Source: Deltaproteobacteria bacterium (GTDB taxonomy: Bacteria > Chloroflexota > Dehalococcoidia > Dehalococcoidales > BS750m-G39). From it: 64,000 nucleotides of DNA. This document shows positions 46,951 to 56,309 of this stretch, in pieces. Under the pieces are notes generated by a model, which did not search any database, had not been told where the DNA came from, and saw nothing but the letters and a program-made list of their open reading frames with translations. The first letter of the stretch is position 1; each line of letters opens with the position of its first letter. The stretch spans positions 19,832 to 83,831 of the forward strand of contig JAUVYB010000001.1 in NCBI GenBank assembly GCA_030603275.1, given 5' to 3'. The position numbers were made by a program, and so were the translations under genes.

Positions 46951-47241
46951 ATGGGCGGTAGCGATTTAGCCTCAGTTCAGGCAACAGTACACGGCCATGT
47001 CCAGGGTGTCTTCTTCCGCTCCTTTGTCTCCCAACAGGCTGAAGACCTGGAATTAGCCGGCTATGTTAGAAATCTGCCCGGTGGGAATGCAGTGGAAGTC
47101 CATGCTGAAGGGGAAAGGAAACGGCTGGAAAAGCTGGTCAGTCGCCTTAAAGCGGGGCCCCCAGCCGCCAGGGTGGAAAGGGTAGTTGCCAACTGGGTAG
47201 AATATAGCGGAAGTTACTCCGGGTTCAGCATAAGGTATTAG
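46951..47241 (+). CDS. acyP: Acylphosphatase
   Basis: 96 aa with VHGHVQGVFFR and GYVRNLPGGN. Confidence 0.9.
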   Translation: MGGSDLASVQATVHGHVQGVFFRSFVSQQAEDLELAGYVRNLPGGNAVEVHAEGERKRLEKLVSRLKAGPPAARVERVVANWVEYSGSYSGFSIRY

Positions 47242-47256
47242 AGAGCCAGTCTATAT

Positions 47257-47988
47257 CTAGCCCTCCAGCCCTACTCTGGCCTCTTTAATCAAGTCAAGGT
47301 AACCGGCCTTAAGCCCCAACTCCCTCGAAGCCTCGCTATCCACTTCATAAGGCTCACCAACGAAAACCTTGCCGTACTCTTCGACCTCTCCCCTGGTAGG
47401 GTCATCCGGCGCTATGAATTTCTGGCTAGCCTCGATAATCCCCAGGTCAAAGGGCAGAGTAAAATAGAGGTCAGCTATTACTTTAGCAATCCCCAGACTA
47501 TATAAAGACTTCCAGCCCCGTGGTGCCCCTATCCCGTACTTACTGGTGGGTAATACGGAAAGGAGGTTCATTATGCTCAAACTAACCTTACCCTTAATCG
47601 CCTTCAAGGGAGCCACTGTTATCAGGTAATCGCATGACAGGATAACATTAGGCACCCAGAAGGTAGGCACAACCAGTGGCTTGGGTAACGGATTATCCAC
47701 CTCCACCCAGACACAATCATTCACATCCAGCGTCAGTACGCGGGGAAAATCGTAGCCCAAGGCCTGATATACGGGAAAGATAGGCTCTCCCCCCGGTGTG
47801 CCCGCCAGGAGCAGAATATCAGCATCGCTAATCCGCCTTATACCATCTATTATCGTAGAAAGCATGCCCTGGCTGGTAGTCACCGGATATGGTACCGGGT
47901 AGGCGGCGCTGGGTTTAATCAAAACCCGCCGCGCCCGGGATATCACCGCCGGTGGTTCAAAGACGAACCCCGAAGCATCATATATCAA
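47257..47988 (-). CDS. Hypothetical protein, DUF362-like
   Basis: 243-aa ORF. RRVLIKPSAAYPVPYPVTTS resembles the DUF362 N-terminal motif. The family call is tentative. Confidence 0.5.
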   Translation of the reverse strand: MIYDASGFVFEPPAVISRARRVLIKPSAAYPVPYPVTTSQGMLSTIIDGIRRISDADILLLAGTPGGEPIFPVYQALGYDFPRVLTLDVNDCVWVEVDNPLPKPLVVPTFWVPNVILSCDYLITVAPLKAIKGKVSLSIMNLLSVLPTSKYGIGAPRGWKSLYSLGIAKVIADLYFTLPFDLGIIEASQKFIAPDDPTRGEVEEYGKVFVGEPYEVDSEASRELGLKAGYLDLIKEARVGLEG

Positions 47989-48009
47989 GCCTGCCTCCTC
48001 CAGTGATTA

Positions 48010-49269
48010 CTAGACCTCTTCACTCCAATTCAGCATCATTACCTCAACCACATCCCCCGGCTCCACGCCGGGCTTATCCTCGGGAACGATAGCCAAACCG
48101 TTTGCCAGAGTCATTGAGGTAAGAATCCCCGAACCCTGGGGGCCTGTAAGCCGGGCAAAGTATCCATCACCGCGCTTTTCCACCAACACCCGGGTGAAGA
48201 CACGGCGCCCATCGGTATTTTCAATAGCATCCTCCACCACCGCTCGCACCGTGGGTTTGGCCAGATTCTTCCGGCCCATCATCTTAAGAATCGCCGGCCG
48301 AGTAAAAAGCTCAAAGTTAACCATAGCGCTAACCGGATTACCGGCCAAGCCAAAGAAGGGTATATTTTTAGCCTCGCCCGTTTTACTCCGCCCCTTAAGC
48401 AAACCGAAGACCAGGGGTTTCCCCGGCTTTTCCCGAACCCGCCAGAAGACAATCTCACCCTCTTTCTCCAGAACCTCCCTGACAACGTCGTAATCGCCCA
48501 GCGAGACGCCGCCGGAGGTTATCACCGCGTCAGCATCCCGCCCGGAGCCAAGCTTGTCCACCAGCGAATCCTCATTATCCAAGGCTATGCCCAACACCTT
48601 AGGAACAGCGCCGTAGTGCTGGACCAGAGCCGCTAGGCTATAGCTATTACTATTATATATCTTGCCATCGGGCAACGGTTGAGCGATGTCCACTATCTCA
48701 TCGCCAGTGGCTAAAACAGCCACCACCGGACGGCGGATAACCTTTACTTTTCTGCAACCCAGTGACGCCAGCACACCGACCTCCGCCGCCCTGAGCACTG
48801 TCCCCTGCTTAAGCACAGGTGACCCGTTGGCGATGTCTTCTCCGGCCCGCCGGATTTCAGCCCCGGGCGCCACCTCAATCATTACGCCTATCTCGGCTGG
48901 AACCCCCTGGCGCTCCGACTCATCAGTATCCTCAAATTTGACCACTCCATCAGCACCCTCAGGAACCGGTGCCCCGGTCATAATCCGGACAGCCGTGCCC
49001 GGCTCTACCTTGGACCGGGAAACAGCCCCGGCAGCAACGGTACCAATAACGCGCAGAATACGGGGTGACCTAAGGCTGGCACCACGGGTATCCGCCGACC
49101 TGACGGCATAGCCATCCATGGCAGAATTATCCAGCGGAGGGATGTTGATGGTAGAAAACACATCCTCGGCCAGAACCTGCCCCAGACAGCTTAAAATCGG
49201 GCTTTCTTCCGCCTCAAGAATGGCCACATGCTCCAGAACCTTCTCCAGGGCCTGGTCAACAGTTATCAC
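48010..49269 (-). CDS. moeA: Molybdopterin molybdenumtransferase
   Basis: 419 aa with the MoeA domain layout (PPLDNSAMDGYAV, TSGGVSLGDYD). Confidence 0.92.
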   Translation of the reverse strand: MITVDQALEKVLEHVAILEAEESPILSCLGQVLAEDVFSTINIPPLDNSAMDGYAVRSADTRGASLRSPRILRVIGTVAAGAVSRSKVEPGTAVRIMTGAPVPEGADGVVKFEDTDESERQGVPAEIGVMIEVAPGAEIRRAGEDIANGSPVLKQGTVLRAAEVGVLASLGCRKVKVIRRPVVAVLATGDEIVDIAQPLPDGKIYNSNSYSLAALVQHYGAVPKVLGIALDNEDSLVDKLGSGRDADAVITSGGVSLGDYDVVREVLEKEGEIVFWRVREKPGKPLVFGLLKGRSKTGEAKNIPFFGLAGNPVSAMVNFELFTRPAILKMMGRKNLAKPTVRAVVEDAIENTDGRRVFTRVLVEKRGDGYFARLTGPQGSGILTSMTLANGLAIVPEDKPGVEPGDVVEVMMLNWSEEV

Positions 49270-49913
49270 AGCTTCACATCCTTCATTACCATTTGACGCG
49301 CTTTCTCCAGATCAGCCTCAGTATTCACATTGAAAAAGCTCAGGTGTTGCGGATCGGACCGGTCAATCTCGTCAGATTCCACATACCTCACACTGACCAG
49401 TTCAAACAGCCCCCTAACCTCCAGATTGTCTCGTTTTAACATCCTTTCCATAGGAACCAGGCAGCTTTTGGAGTAAACGCCGTGAAGTGGCTCCACCAAA
49501 TCCCCCAAGCGGGGAACCACCAGGTCAAAGCCAGCCGAAAGTCCCATCATGTAACGCAGCAGGGCTCTGTTCAGGAAGGGCATATCACAGGCAACAACAA
49601 GGTTATACTGGGAGCTTGACGCAGCCAGTCCCGTATAGATACCACCCAGGGCACCTCCACCGGGGTATATATCAGCTACTACCCTAGACCTCTGATAGCC
49701 ATTAAACGGGGGGAGGGACTTATCACCAGCAGTAACTATTATAATATCACGGTTAAAGGGAGCCAGTTGGGATAACACCCGCTGGAGCAAATTATCGGCG
49801 CCAACAGTCTCCTGAACCTTGTCCCGCCCCAAACGCAAGCCCTTGCCACCAGCAAGAACAATACAGGTTATATCCAAAGTATGATTTTCAATCCCCTCTA
49901 GCCTCACCCCCAT
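49266..49913 (-). CDS. mobA: Molybdenum cofactor guanylyltransferase
   Basis: 215 aa with VLAGGKGLRLG and ACDMPF. 4-nt overlap with moeA. Confidence 0.85.
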   Translation of the reverse strand: MGVRLEGIENHTLDITCIVLAGGKGLRLGRDKVQETVGADNLLQRVLSQLAPFNRDIIIVTAGDKSLPPFNGYQRSRVVADIYPGGGALGGIYTGLAASSSQYNLVVACDMPFLNRALLRYMMGLSAGFDLVVPRLGDLVEPLHGVYSKSCLVPMERMLKRDNLEVRGLFELVSVRYVESDEIDRSDPQHLSFFNVNTEADLEKARQMVMKDVKL

Positions 49914-49948
49914 ATATTATTATACCACTATAGTCAACAACTTTGAAG

Positions 49949-50596
49949 CTATAACGCTGTTTTCAGCACTATAATCTGACCGGTGGCGGGCAGTTCCCCC
50001 GGCTTAAATTCCGCCTGGCTGGAATCCGGCCGGCTGACATTGGCTTTACCGCGTAGAAATTCGTCTACCCCGGCGATATTTGGGAGGCCTTTCTCCGTCT
50101 TATAGTGCATGGGCATAATTACCCTCGGCTTTAACTGGTTACAGACCTCGGTGGCGACTTCGGCATCAATGGTATAAAGGCCACCCACCGGTACGAACAA
50201 TACATCTACACGGCCTATCTCTTTTAGCTGCTTATCATCAAGCCGGTGACCCAGGTCACCAAGGTGACAGACCCTTACCCCATCTACCTCAAAGCAGAAT
50301 ATAACGTTATCGCCCCGTAACCTGCCCCTGGCATCGTCATGAGAGCTGGCAATGCCCCTGACCTCTATCCCTCCAGCCTCAGACCGGCCCGCCCGGTTAA
50401 CCACCTCAGGATTACCCTTCACCGCGGCCACATTGTTATGGTCATGATGGCCGTGACTGACGGTAACAACATCAGCCGACTCGGTTATCTCCCCGTAGGT
50501 CAAATCAGGCCCGGGCGCATAGGGGTCGGTGATTATCTTAACTCCCTTGTTTGAGGTGATAACAAAGGCGGCATGGCCCAGGTATTTAATCTTCAT
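49949..50596 (-). CDS. Metallo-beta-lactamase-fold hydrolase (UPF0173-like)
   Basis: Contains MKIKYLGHAAFVI and SHGHHDH. I moved the start from 50629 to the ATG at 50596 to clear the upstream gene. Confidence 0.8.
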   Translation of the reverse strand: MKIKYLGHAAFVITSNKGVKIITDPYAPGPDLTYGEITESADVVTVSHGHHDHNNVAAVKGNPEVVNRAGRSEAGGIEVRGIASSHDDARGRLRGDNVIFCFEVDGVRVCHLGDLGHRLDDKQLKEIGRVDVLFVPVGGLYTIDAEVATEVCNQLKPRVIMPMHYKTEKGLPNIAGVDEFLRGKANVSRPDSSQAEFKPGELPATGQIIVLKTAL

Positions 50597-50615
50597 AACC
50601 AACCCTACCCAGCCC

Positions 50616-51683
50616 CTAGAAGTAACCACCCACCGATTTAATAGCCTCCACCACCAGGTCGGTGGTCTTTACCAGGTCTTTCAGGCTCAATACCTCCACC
50701 GGCGTGTGGATATACCTTGAGGCTACGCTAATCACCCCCGAGGGAATGCCTTCACGCGTCAAACTGATAGCAGTGGCATCAGTAGTGCCCCTCTCGGTTA
50801 CATCCATCTGATAGGGAATACCCTTGGCTTTGGCCGTTTCCCGCAGCCATTCCAGCACCTTCGGGTGCGCAATCACCCCCCTGCCGCCGGCATCCATCAC
50901 TGTAATCGCCGGTCCCTGGCCGACTTGAATGGAGGAGTCCGTCTTCTTTATGCCGGGGTGGTCCCCCGGTATACAGGTATCAATGGCAACGGCAACGTCG
51001 GGGTTCAGCCCAAAAGCAGATGTCTTAGCCCCTTTTAAGCCCACCTCCTCCTGAACGGTGAAGACAGCCATTACCGTGGGCTTTAAGTTCATACCGGCGA
51101 TTCTCTGCAGGGCGGCAACCAGCGCCACCACGCCGGCGCGGTCATCAAAGGCCTTACCGGTGACCTTATCATTGGCCAGTGCCACCAGTTTCCGGTCCAT
51201 GGATACCGGTACGCCGGGCTCGATGCCCATCGCCATAGCGTCGTCCCTCGACGAAGCACCAACATCGATGAACATATCCTTGGCCTCTATCGCCTTCTTG
51301 TGTTCCTCGCTCTCCATCACGTGCACCGGTTTGGAGCCGATGACTCCGGCAACTACGCCCTTTTTGGTATGCAATAACACCCGCTGGTTAACCAGCGTCT
51401 GGTCAAACCAGCCGCCCACTTTGGCGAACCGGATGAAGCCCTCGTCATCAATATATTTGGCCATCAGGCCTATCTCATCCATATGGGCGGCCAGCATAAC
51501 CGAAGGCGACTTCCCTTTTTTGATGGCGATTAAATTGCCGAATGTATCGACTTTAACCTCGTCCACATACGACTCTACTTCTTTCTTGATAATCTCCCTG
51601 ACATTTCCCTCGTACCCGGAAATCCCGTGAGCATTAGATAATTTTTCCAGCAGATTCTTTATTTTCTTAGTCTCTTCATTCAT
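50616..51683 (-). CDS. M42-family aminopeptidase (FrvX/CelM-like)
   Basis: 355 aa with GISGYE, AAHMDEIGLM and FTVQEEVGLKGA. Confidence 0.88.
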   Translation of the reverse strand: MNEETKKIKNLLEKLSNAHGISGYEGNVREIIKKEVESYVDEVKVDTFGNLIAIKKGKSPSVMLAAHMDEIGLMAKYIDDEGFIRFAKVGGWFDQTLVNQRVLLHTKKGVVAGVIGSKPVHVMESEEHKKAIEAKDMFIDVGASSRDDAMAMGIEPGVPVSMDRKLVALANDKVTGKAFDDRAGVVALVAALQRIAGMNLKPTVMAVFTVQEEVGLKGAKTSAFGLNPDVAVAIDTCIPGDHPGIKKTDSSIQVGQGPAITVMDAGGRGVIAHPKVLEWLRETAKAKGIPYQMDVTERGTTDATAISLTREGIPSGVISVASRYIHTPVEVLSLKDLVKTTDLVVEAIKSVGGYF

Positions 51684-51885
51684 GTTCTCATAACCCCCTA
51701 TCTCGTTTTATAAAATTAGTGTCTCGCCGCACGAACAACCTTGTCCAGCACCGGAGTAATATCTCTGGAGGTATCCACCGCATAGTGGTTGCGGTGCATA
51801 TGCTCAGCCGCTGCACATCAGAAAGAAGCCTGCTGTCCTCCACAACCCCCATTATAGAATGTTTGCCGCCGTTTGACTAGACAGC

Positions 51886-52503
51886 TTACTGTTTTTTACC
51901 TTTACGCCCGCGGTCAAAGACAAAACCCTTAACACTCCGCGTCCTGGCCACGGCCGCTATAGCGGTGGGGGTAAATTTCGCCAGTATTATCAAGCCGAGG
52001 ACAACGCTGAAGATGATAAACGGCGTCGATTGCATGCCCAGCCAGGCGATGAAGGGCAGCGCTAACAGCCCAACGCCCATAGACAGGGCGACATTGCGGG
52101 TGATAATAAAGAGGATAAATACTACCGCGAAGAAGAAGGCTAACCCCAGTGGATAGCCGTAGATGGGCAGCAAGACAAACAGGCCGCCTATAGCCGGGCC
52201 CATCCCTTTGCCCCCGCTGAATTTGAGGAAAAGCATCCAGTTATGCCCGACCACAGCCGCCAGCGCCGCCGCCAGGACAAAGGCCAGGGACACATCCAAA
52301 AGCCAGTAGGCTATGGCCACGGCGGCGGCCCCCTTACCCAGGTCAACGATAGACACCACCGCCGCCGGCAAAAAGCCCACCTCCCGGTAGACATTCAAGC
52401 CGCCAACATTACCCCCACCCAGCCGGCGGACATCTCTGCCCTTAGCTAAGCGGGTGACGATATAGGCTGTTGGAATAGAACCGAGCAGATAGCCCAGAAC
52501 CAC
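51886..52503 (-). CDS. plsY: Glycerol-3-phosphate acyltransferase PlsY
   Basis: 205 aa, polytopic membrane protein, with GSIPTAYIV and GGGNVGGLNV. Confidence 0.9.
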   Translation of the reverse strand: MVLGYLLGSIPTAYIVTRLAKGRDVRRLGGGNVGGLNVYREVGFLPAAVVSIVDLGKGAAAVAIAYWLLDVSLAFVLAAALAAVVGHNWMLFLKFSGGKGMGPAIGGLFVLLPIYGYPLGLAFFFAVVFILFIITRNVALSMGVGLLALPFIAWLGMQSTPFIIFSVVLGLIILAKFTPTAIAAVARTRSVKGFVFDRGRKGKKQ

Positions 52504-52524
52504 AGCTACAATACCGTAAACTAT

Positions 52525-53382
52525 TTAATCCTCCTTGTAAAAAGCCAGCCCCAGAGTCCCGGTGCCGGTAGCATAGCCCATCACCGGACTGAACTCGGTA
52601 ACCCAGAGCTCGGCGCAGTTAAATTCAGACGATACCCGCTCCTTCAGCTTCTCGGCTTCGTCCGGAGCATAGGCATGCATCACCGCCACATGAGCCGGAC
52701 TCTGTCCCACCCTATTCCTCATTATCTTAAGCATCTTATCTATGCCATGCGCCCGGCTTCTCACCGCGCCCATAAAACGAACCACGCCCCCGGAGCTAGT
52801 AAGTATCGGCTTAACGCTAAGCACAGACCCGGCCATGGCGGCTATTTTGGGTATACGCCCGGTGCGATAAATATGACGGATAGTGTCTAAAAGGGCCAGG
52901 AAGGTAACCTTATCCCTCATCTCCTCGGCGGCTTTAACCACCTCGGCCAGGCTTTTGCCCGCCTCAGCCGCCCGCGCTCCCGCCAGAGCAACAAAGCCCT
53001 CAGAGGCGGTAACCGTCTCGGAATCCACCACCTCTACGGTTATCTGAGGAAGCTCTTTCCTTGCCTCCTCTATTGCTTGCCTGGCCGCATCATATGCCCC
53101 GCTAAGCTTAGTCGAAAGGGTAACGCAAAGGATGTTCTTGGCCTGCTTACTCGCTTCGCGGTAGGCTTCGAGGAAGATGCCGGGCGAGGCGCCGGCTGTC
53201 TTAAATGACTCCGGGTCTTTCAGAAAAAGCTCGTAAGCCTCGGTCGGGGTTATATCCACCCAGTCCCGGTATATCTTTCCCTGAAAGGAAATGGGGATGG
53301 GGGCAATGGAAATACCATACTGCTCTACCAGTTCCCTGGGGAGACAGGCAACGCTATCGGTAACGATGGCTACCTTCTGCAA
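52525..53382 (-). CDS. DegV-family fatty-acid-binding protein
   Basis: 285 aa with VAIVTDSVACLP and the typical DegV length and layout. Confidence 0.88.
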   Translation of the reverse strand: MQKVAIVTDSVACLPRELVEQYGISIAPIPISFQGKIYRDWVDITPTEAYELFLKDPESFKTAGASPGIFLEAYREASKQAKNILCVTLSTKLSGAYDAARQAIEEARKELPQITVEVVDSETVTASEGFVALAGARAAEAGKSLAEVVKAAEEMRDKVTFLALLDTIRHIYRTGRIPKIAAMAGSVLSVKPILTSSGGVVRFMGAVRSRAHGIDKMLKIMRNRVGQSPAHVAVMHAYAPDEAEKLKERVSSEFNCAELWVTEFSPVMGYATGTGTLGLAFYKED

Positions 53383-53428
53383 TTATAGCCCCCCTGTTTG
53401 GATAGCAGCCTAATCCCTGGATTAATTG

Positions 53429-54328
53429 TTACCCGGAATGTCTCAGGGTTCGTTCCGCCAACGCCGGGCTGAGCAGGACCAGCAGCATTCCCACCATGAG
53501 AATCAGAAAGGCAGGTATACTGAGCCTACCCTCAGTATAATAGGCGACCATGGTTAAAGTTATCATTCCCGATACCACCAGCACCGAAACCCTTAACCAG
53601 CGCCTTCTCACCCGAATGAATGTAGTTACAGTTACCCCTAAGGCGAGGAAGGTCAACCCAATCCAGGGGGCAAAATCCTGCATGCGCTGGAGCCAGTGCT
53701 CGGGGAGTTGATTCACCGGCTCAATGGCCAAGAACCAACCGACGATGGTGGGCAGCGGTAACAGCATCAGCGAGGTGTATAACCAGTCCCTCTTTATGGT
53801 TTGAACGGTGATGGAGTATAACAGCCATAACGCCAGGGGAAGATAAACGAGGATGGCCACCCAGGACCAGCCTTTAGGCAGATAGAGCAGCAGAGCCGCC
53901 GCCACCACCACCGGCAGCAAAGAGTAACCCAGCCAGGGGAAAAGCCAGGCTGGTTTACCCCGCCACCAGCCATAGACGGCCATAATGAGAACCAGCACCA
54001 GCATACCCAAAAGCCAGCCGACGCCTCGCCACCAGTTAAGCGCAAATAAGAGGCCAAAAAGTATATGGGGCGTAGCCGCCAGTAACGCCTGAGTCCAGCT
54101 ACCCTGGCTATGAGCCTCGTATATCTGGCGGGCTACCATTTTGGCCGAGCCCAGGAGAGTCAAACAGGTGTCAGCCGCCTCCTCCTCCGATAGTCCCGAT
54201 TCCCGCAGCTCCTGGACCTCGTCCTCGATATGCGTCTCCAGCTCCTGGATAACCTCTTTCTCCGAGGAGTGGTCAAGCCTCAGGTTATCTCTTATACTAT
54301 CCAGATAATGACTGAGGACGGTCAGCAT
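53429..54328 (-). CDS. Membrane protein co-encoded with PadR regulator
   Basis: 299 aa with an acidic helical N-terminal roughly 60 aa, then at least 6 hydrophobic helices. It begins 14 nt after the padR stop. Confidence 0.6.
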   Translation of the reverse strand: MLTVLSHYLDSIRDNLRLDHSSEKEVIQELETHIEDEVQELRESGLSEEEAADTCLTLLGSAKMVARQIYEAHSQGSWTQALLAATPHILFGLLFALNWWRGVGWLLGMLVLVLIMAVYGWWRGKPAWLFPWLGYSLLPVVVAAALLLYLPKGWSWVAILVYLPLALWLLYSITVQTIKRDWLYTSLMLLPLPTIVGWFLAIEPVNQLPEHWLQRMQDFAPWIGLTFLALGVTVTTFIRVRRRWLRVSVLVVSGMITLTMVAYYTEGRLSIPAFLILMVGMLLVLLSPALAERTLRHSG

Positions 54329-54342
54329 TCCCCCACCTCAAA

Positions 54343-54678
54343 CTATTTAGGCACCGGTTGAATAATTAGATTCATGGCCGTCAGGAAGTCCAGCCACTGG
54401 CCCCTCTTGGCGGCCAGGATATTAAGCCCATTTTCCGTGATGTGATAATATCTTCTCTGCCGCCCGTTTGGCAGCGTCTGCCACTCGCCCCGTATTAAGC
54501 CCGCCTTCTCCAGGCGATGGAGGGCGGGGTAAAGAGTACCCTCTTTAAATTTAAAGTAGCCCTGGCTCCTCTTCTCCAGCTCCTTGATAATCTGGTAACC
54601 ATAAATAGGCTGCTGAACTATTACGCAGAGAAGCAGGGAGTCGATACTGCCTTTGATTAATTCATTCTTTTTTGCCAT
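54343..54678 (-). CDS. PadR-family transcriptional regulator
   Basis: Winged-helix sequence LLLCVIVQQPIYGYQIIKELEKRS...GTLYPALHRLEKAGLI. I moved the start from 54810 to the ATG at 54678 (MAKKNELIKG). Confidence 0.88.
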   Translation of the reverse strand: MAKKNELIKGSIDSLLLCVIVQQPIYGYQIIKELEKRSQGYFKFKEGTLYPALHRLEKAGLIRGEWQTLPNGRQRRYYHITENGLNILAAKRGQWLDFLTAMNLIIQPVPK

Positions 54679-54805
54679 ATCAATACCTCGCTTAGCATAA
54701 CACCTAGTATCACTATGCACAATAGCATATACCCCTTTTGTTGGCAATAGGCTTAAAAGGGGATAAAGGGCGGTATTGCCCAGTTTTTTAGCGTCGGTTC
54801 TTCTG

Positions 54806-54953
54806 CCCACCCTCCCACCCTGCAGAGGTTAGACCTCTCTCAGGTTCCTTTTTAGCCCCTTTATCCCCCCACCCGATAAAGAGGGACATTACTCCAATGG
54901 AGGGTGGGGAAAGAAAGTGTTAGAGGCGCAGCCTATAAGGGCGGGTGGGTGGG
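54806..54953. other. Nested C-run/G-run inverted repeats containing two canonical G-quadruplex motifs
   Basis: CCCACCCTCCCACCC lies at 54806-54820 (G4 motif on the minus strand) and GGGCGGGTGGGTGGG at 54939-54953 (plus strand). An inner pair is CCCCACCC 54867-54874 with GGGTGGGG 54902-54909. Confidence 0.6.
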
Positions 54954-55015
54954 TGAACAGACAATACTCAAAAAAGGGGAGGAGGAGAGGATTTAAATAA
55001 AGAAACGATTTTTCC

Positions 55016-56257
55016 TTAAGCGGAGAACTTGCCGAGGATTAGGGTGCCGTTAGTGCTGCCAAAGCCAAAAGAATTAGAAAGGGCAATCTTTACCTCGGCC
55101 TCTCTGGCCACATTGGGCACATAATCAAGGTCGCACTCCGGGTCGGGAGTTTCATAGTTGATGGTGGGCGGAATTATGCCCCGGGTAATAGTCATCAGGC
55201 TGAATATGGCCTCCACCACCCCAGCACCAGCCCACATATGACCCAACATTGATTTATTGCTGCTAATCGGTATCTGGTAACTCCGCTCTCCAAACACACT
55301 CTTTATCGCCTGCGTTTCGGATAGGTCATTGAGCACGGTTGAAGTGCCGTGGGCGTTAATATAATCAACCTGGCCGGCAGCGATACCGGCATCGCTAAGC
55401 GCCAGTCTCATACAGCTGGCTGCCCCCGTGCCACCAGGGTCAGGAGCGGTTATATGATAGGCATCGCTATTAAGGCCGTAGCCCAGTACCTCACCATAAA
55501 TCCTGGCCCCTCTACTTAAGGCAAACTCCAGCTCCTCCAGGATGACGATTCCCCCCCCCTCCCCAATAACAAAGCCGTCGCGCTCCTTGTCAAAGGGGCG
55601 GCTTGCCTTCGCCGGCTCATCGTTCCTAACCGTCATCACCTTCACCGGCTCCAGTCCGGCAAATACCAGAGGCCTGATGGCCGCCTCAGCCCCGCCGGCA
55701 ATCATAGCATCAACCTCTCCCCACTGGATAACTCTGGCAGCATCGCCAATGGCATGTGTACCTGAGGCACAGGCGGTCACCGAACACATATTAGCCCCCC
55801 TGGCCCCGAACTTAATAGCCACCTGTCCCGTGGCCATATTACAGAGGAAACTGGGAACAAAGAAAGGGGAAATCTTCTGACGCTCGCCCTTAATCAGCAG
55901 CTCGTGGTTCTTCTCTATACTTTCTATGCCCCCCATGGCCGTCCCAACCGAAACCCCAACCCGCTCACTGTTACTGGCGTTAATGACCAGCCCCGAATCC
56001 TCAAGCGCCATCCGGGCGGCGGCCAGGGCAAAATGGATGAAACGGTCTCCGCGCCTTACCAGCTTACGGTCGATGAAATCCAGCGGATTAAACCCCTTGA
56101 CCTCACCGGCAATCCTGGTCCGGAAACTGCTGGCATCAAAGCTGGTAATCGCCCCTACCCCTGATTTCCCCTGGCATAAAGACTGCCAGCTTGCCTCCAC
56201 CCCCACTCCCAGAGGGGTTACGGCACCCATTCCAGTTACTACTACCCTTCTCTTCAA
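55016..56257 (-). CDS. fabF: Beta-ketoacyl-ACP synthase II
   Basis: 413 aa starting RRVVVTGMG, with active-site TACASG, HGTST and GHMWGAAG-like motifs. Confidence 0.93.
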   Translation of the reverse strand: MKRRVVVTGMGAVTPLGVGVEASWQSLCQGKSGVGAITSFDASSFRTRIAGEVKGFNPLDFIDRKLVRRGDRFIHFALAAARMALEDSGLVINASNSERVGVSVGTAMGGIESIEKNHELLIKGERQKISPFFVPSFLCNMATGQVAIKFGARGANMCSVTACASGTHAIGDAARVIQWGEVDAMIAGGAEAAIRPLVFAGLEPVKVMTVRNDEPAKASRPFDKERDGFVIGEGGGIVILEELEFALSRGARIYGEVLGYGLNSDAYHITAPDPGGTGAASCMRLALSDAGIAAGQVDYINAHGTSTVLNDLSETQAIKSVFGERSYQIPISSNKSMLGHMWAGAGVVEAIFSLMTITRGIIPPTINYETPDPECDLDYVPNVAREAEVKIALSNSFGFGSTNGTLILGKFSA

Positions 56258-56309
56258 CGGTATTTCTCCAAAGGTGAACTATAACTAAAAACGGCTTAAA
56301 GCTCTATTA

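Noticed and set aside
51684-51885. 200-nt spacer upstream of the M42 peptidase. It has a TAGTCA-17-TATAAT promoter-like pair (51851-51879, minus strand), a CACCGC/GCGGTG hairpin, and a roughly 30-codon coding-looking frame (AAEHMHRNHYAVDTSRDITPVLDKVVRAARH).
   Set aside because: I could not match it to any riboswitch or protein family. The short frame has no start context. It may be a gene remnant or just a long leader, which is too weak to report as a feature.
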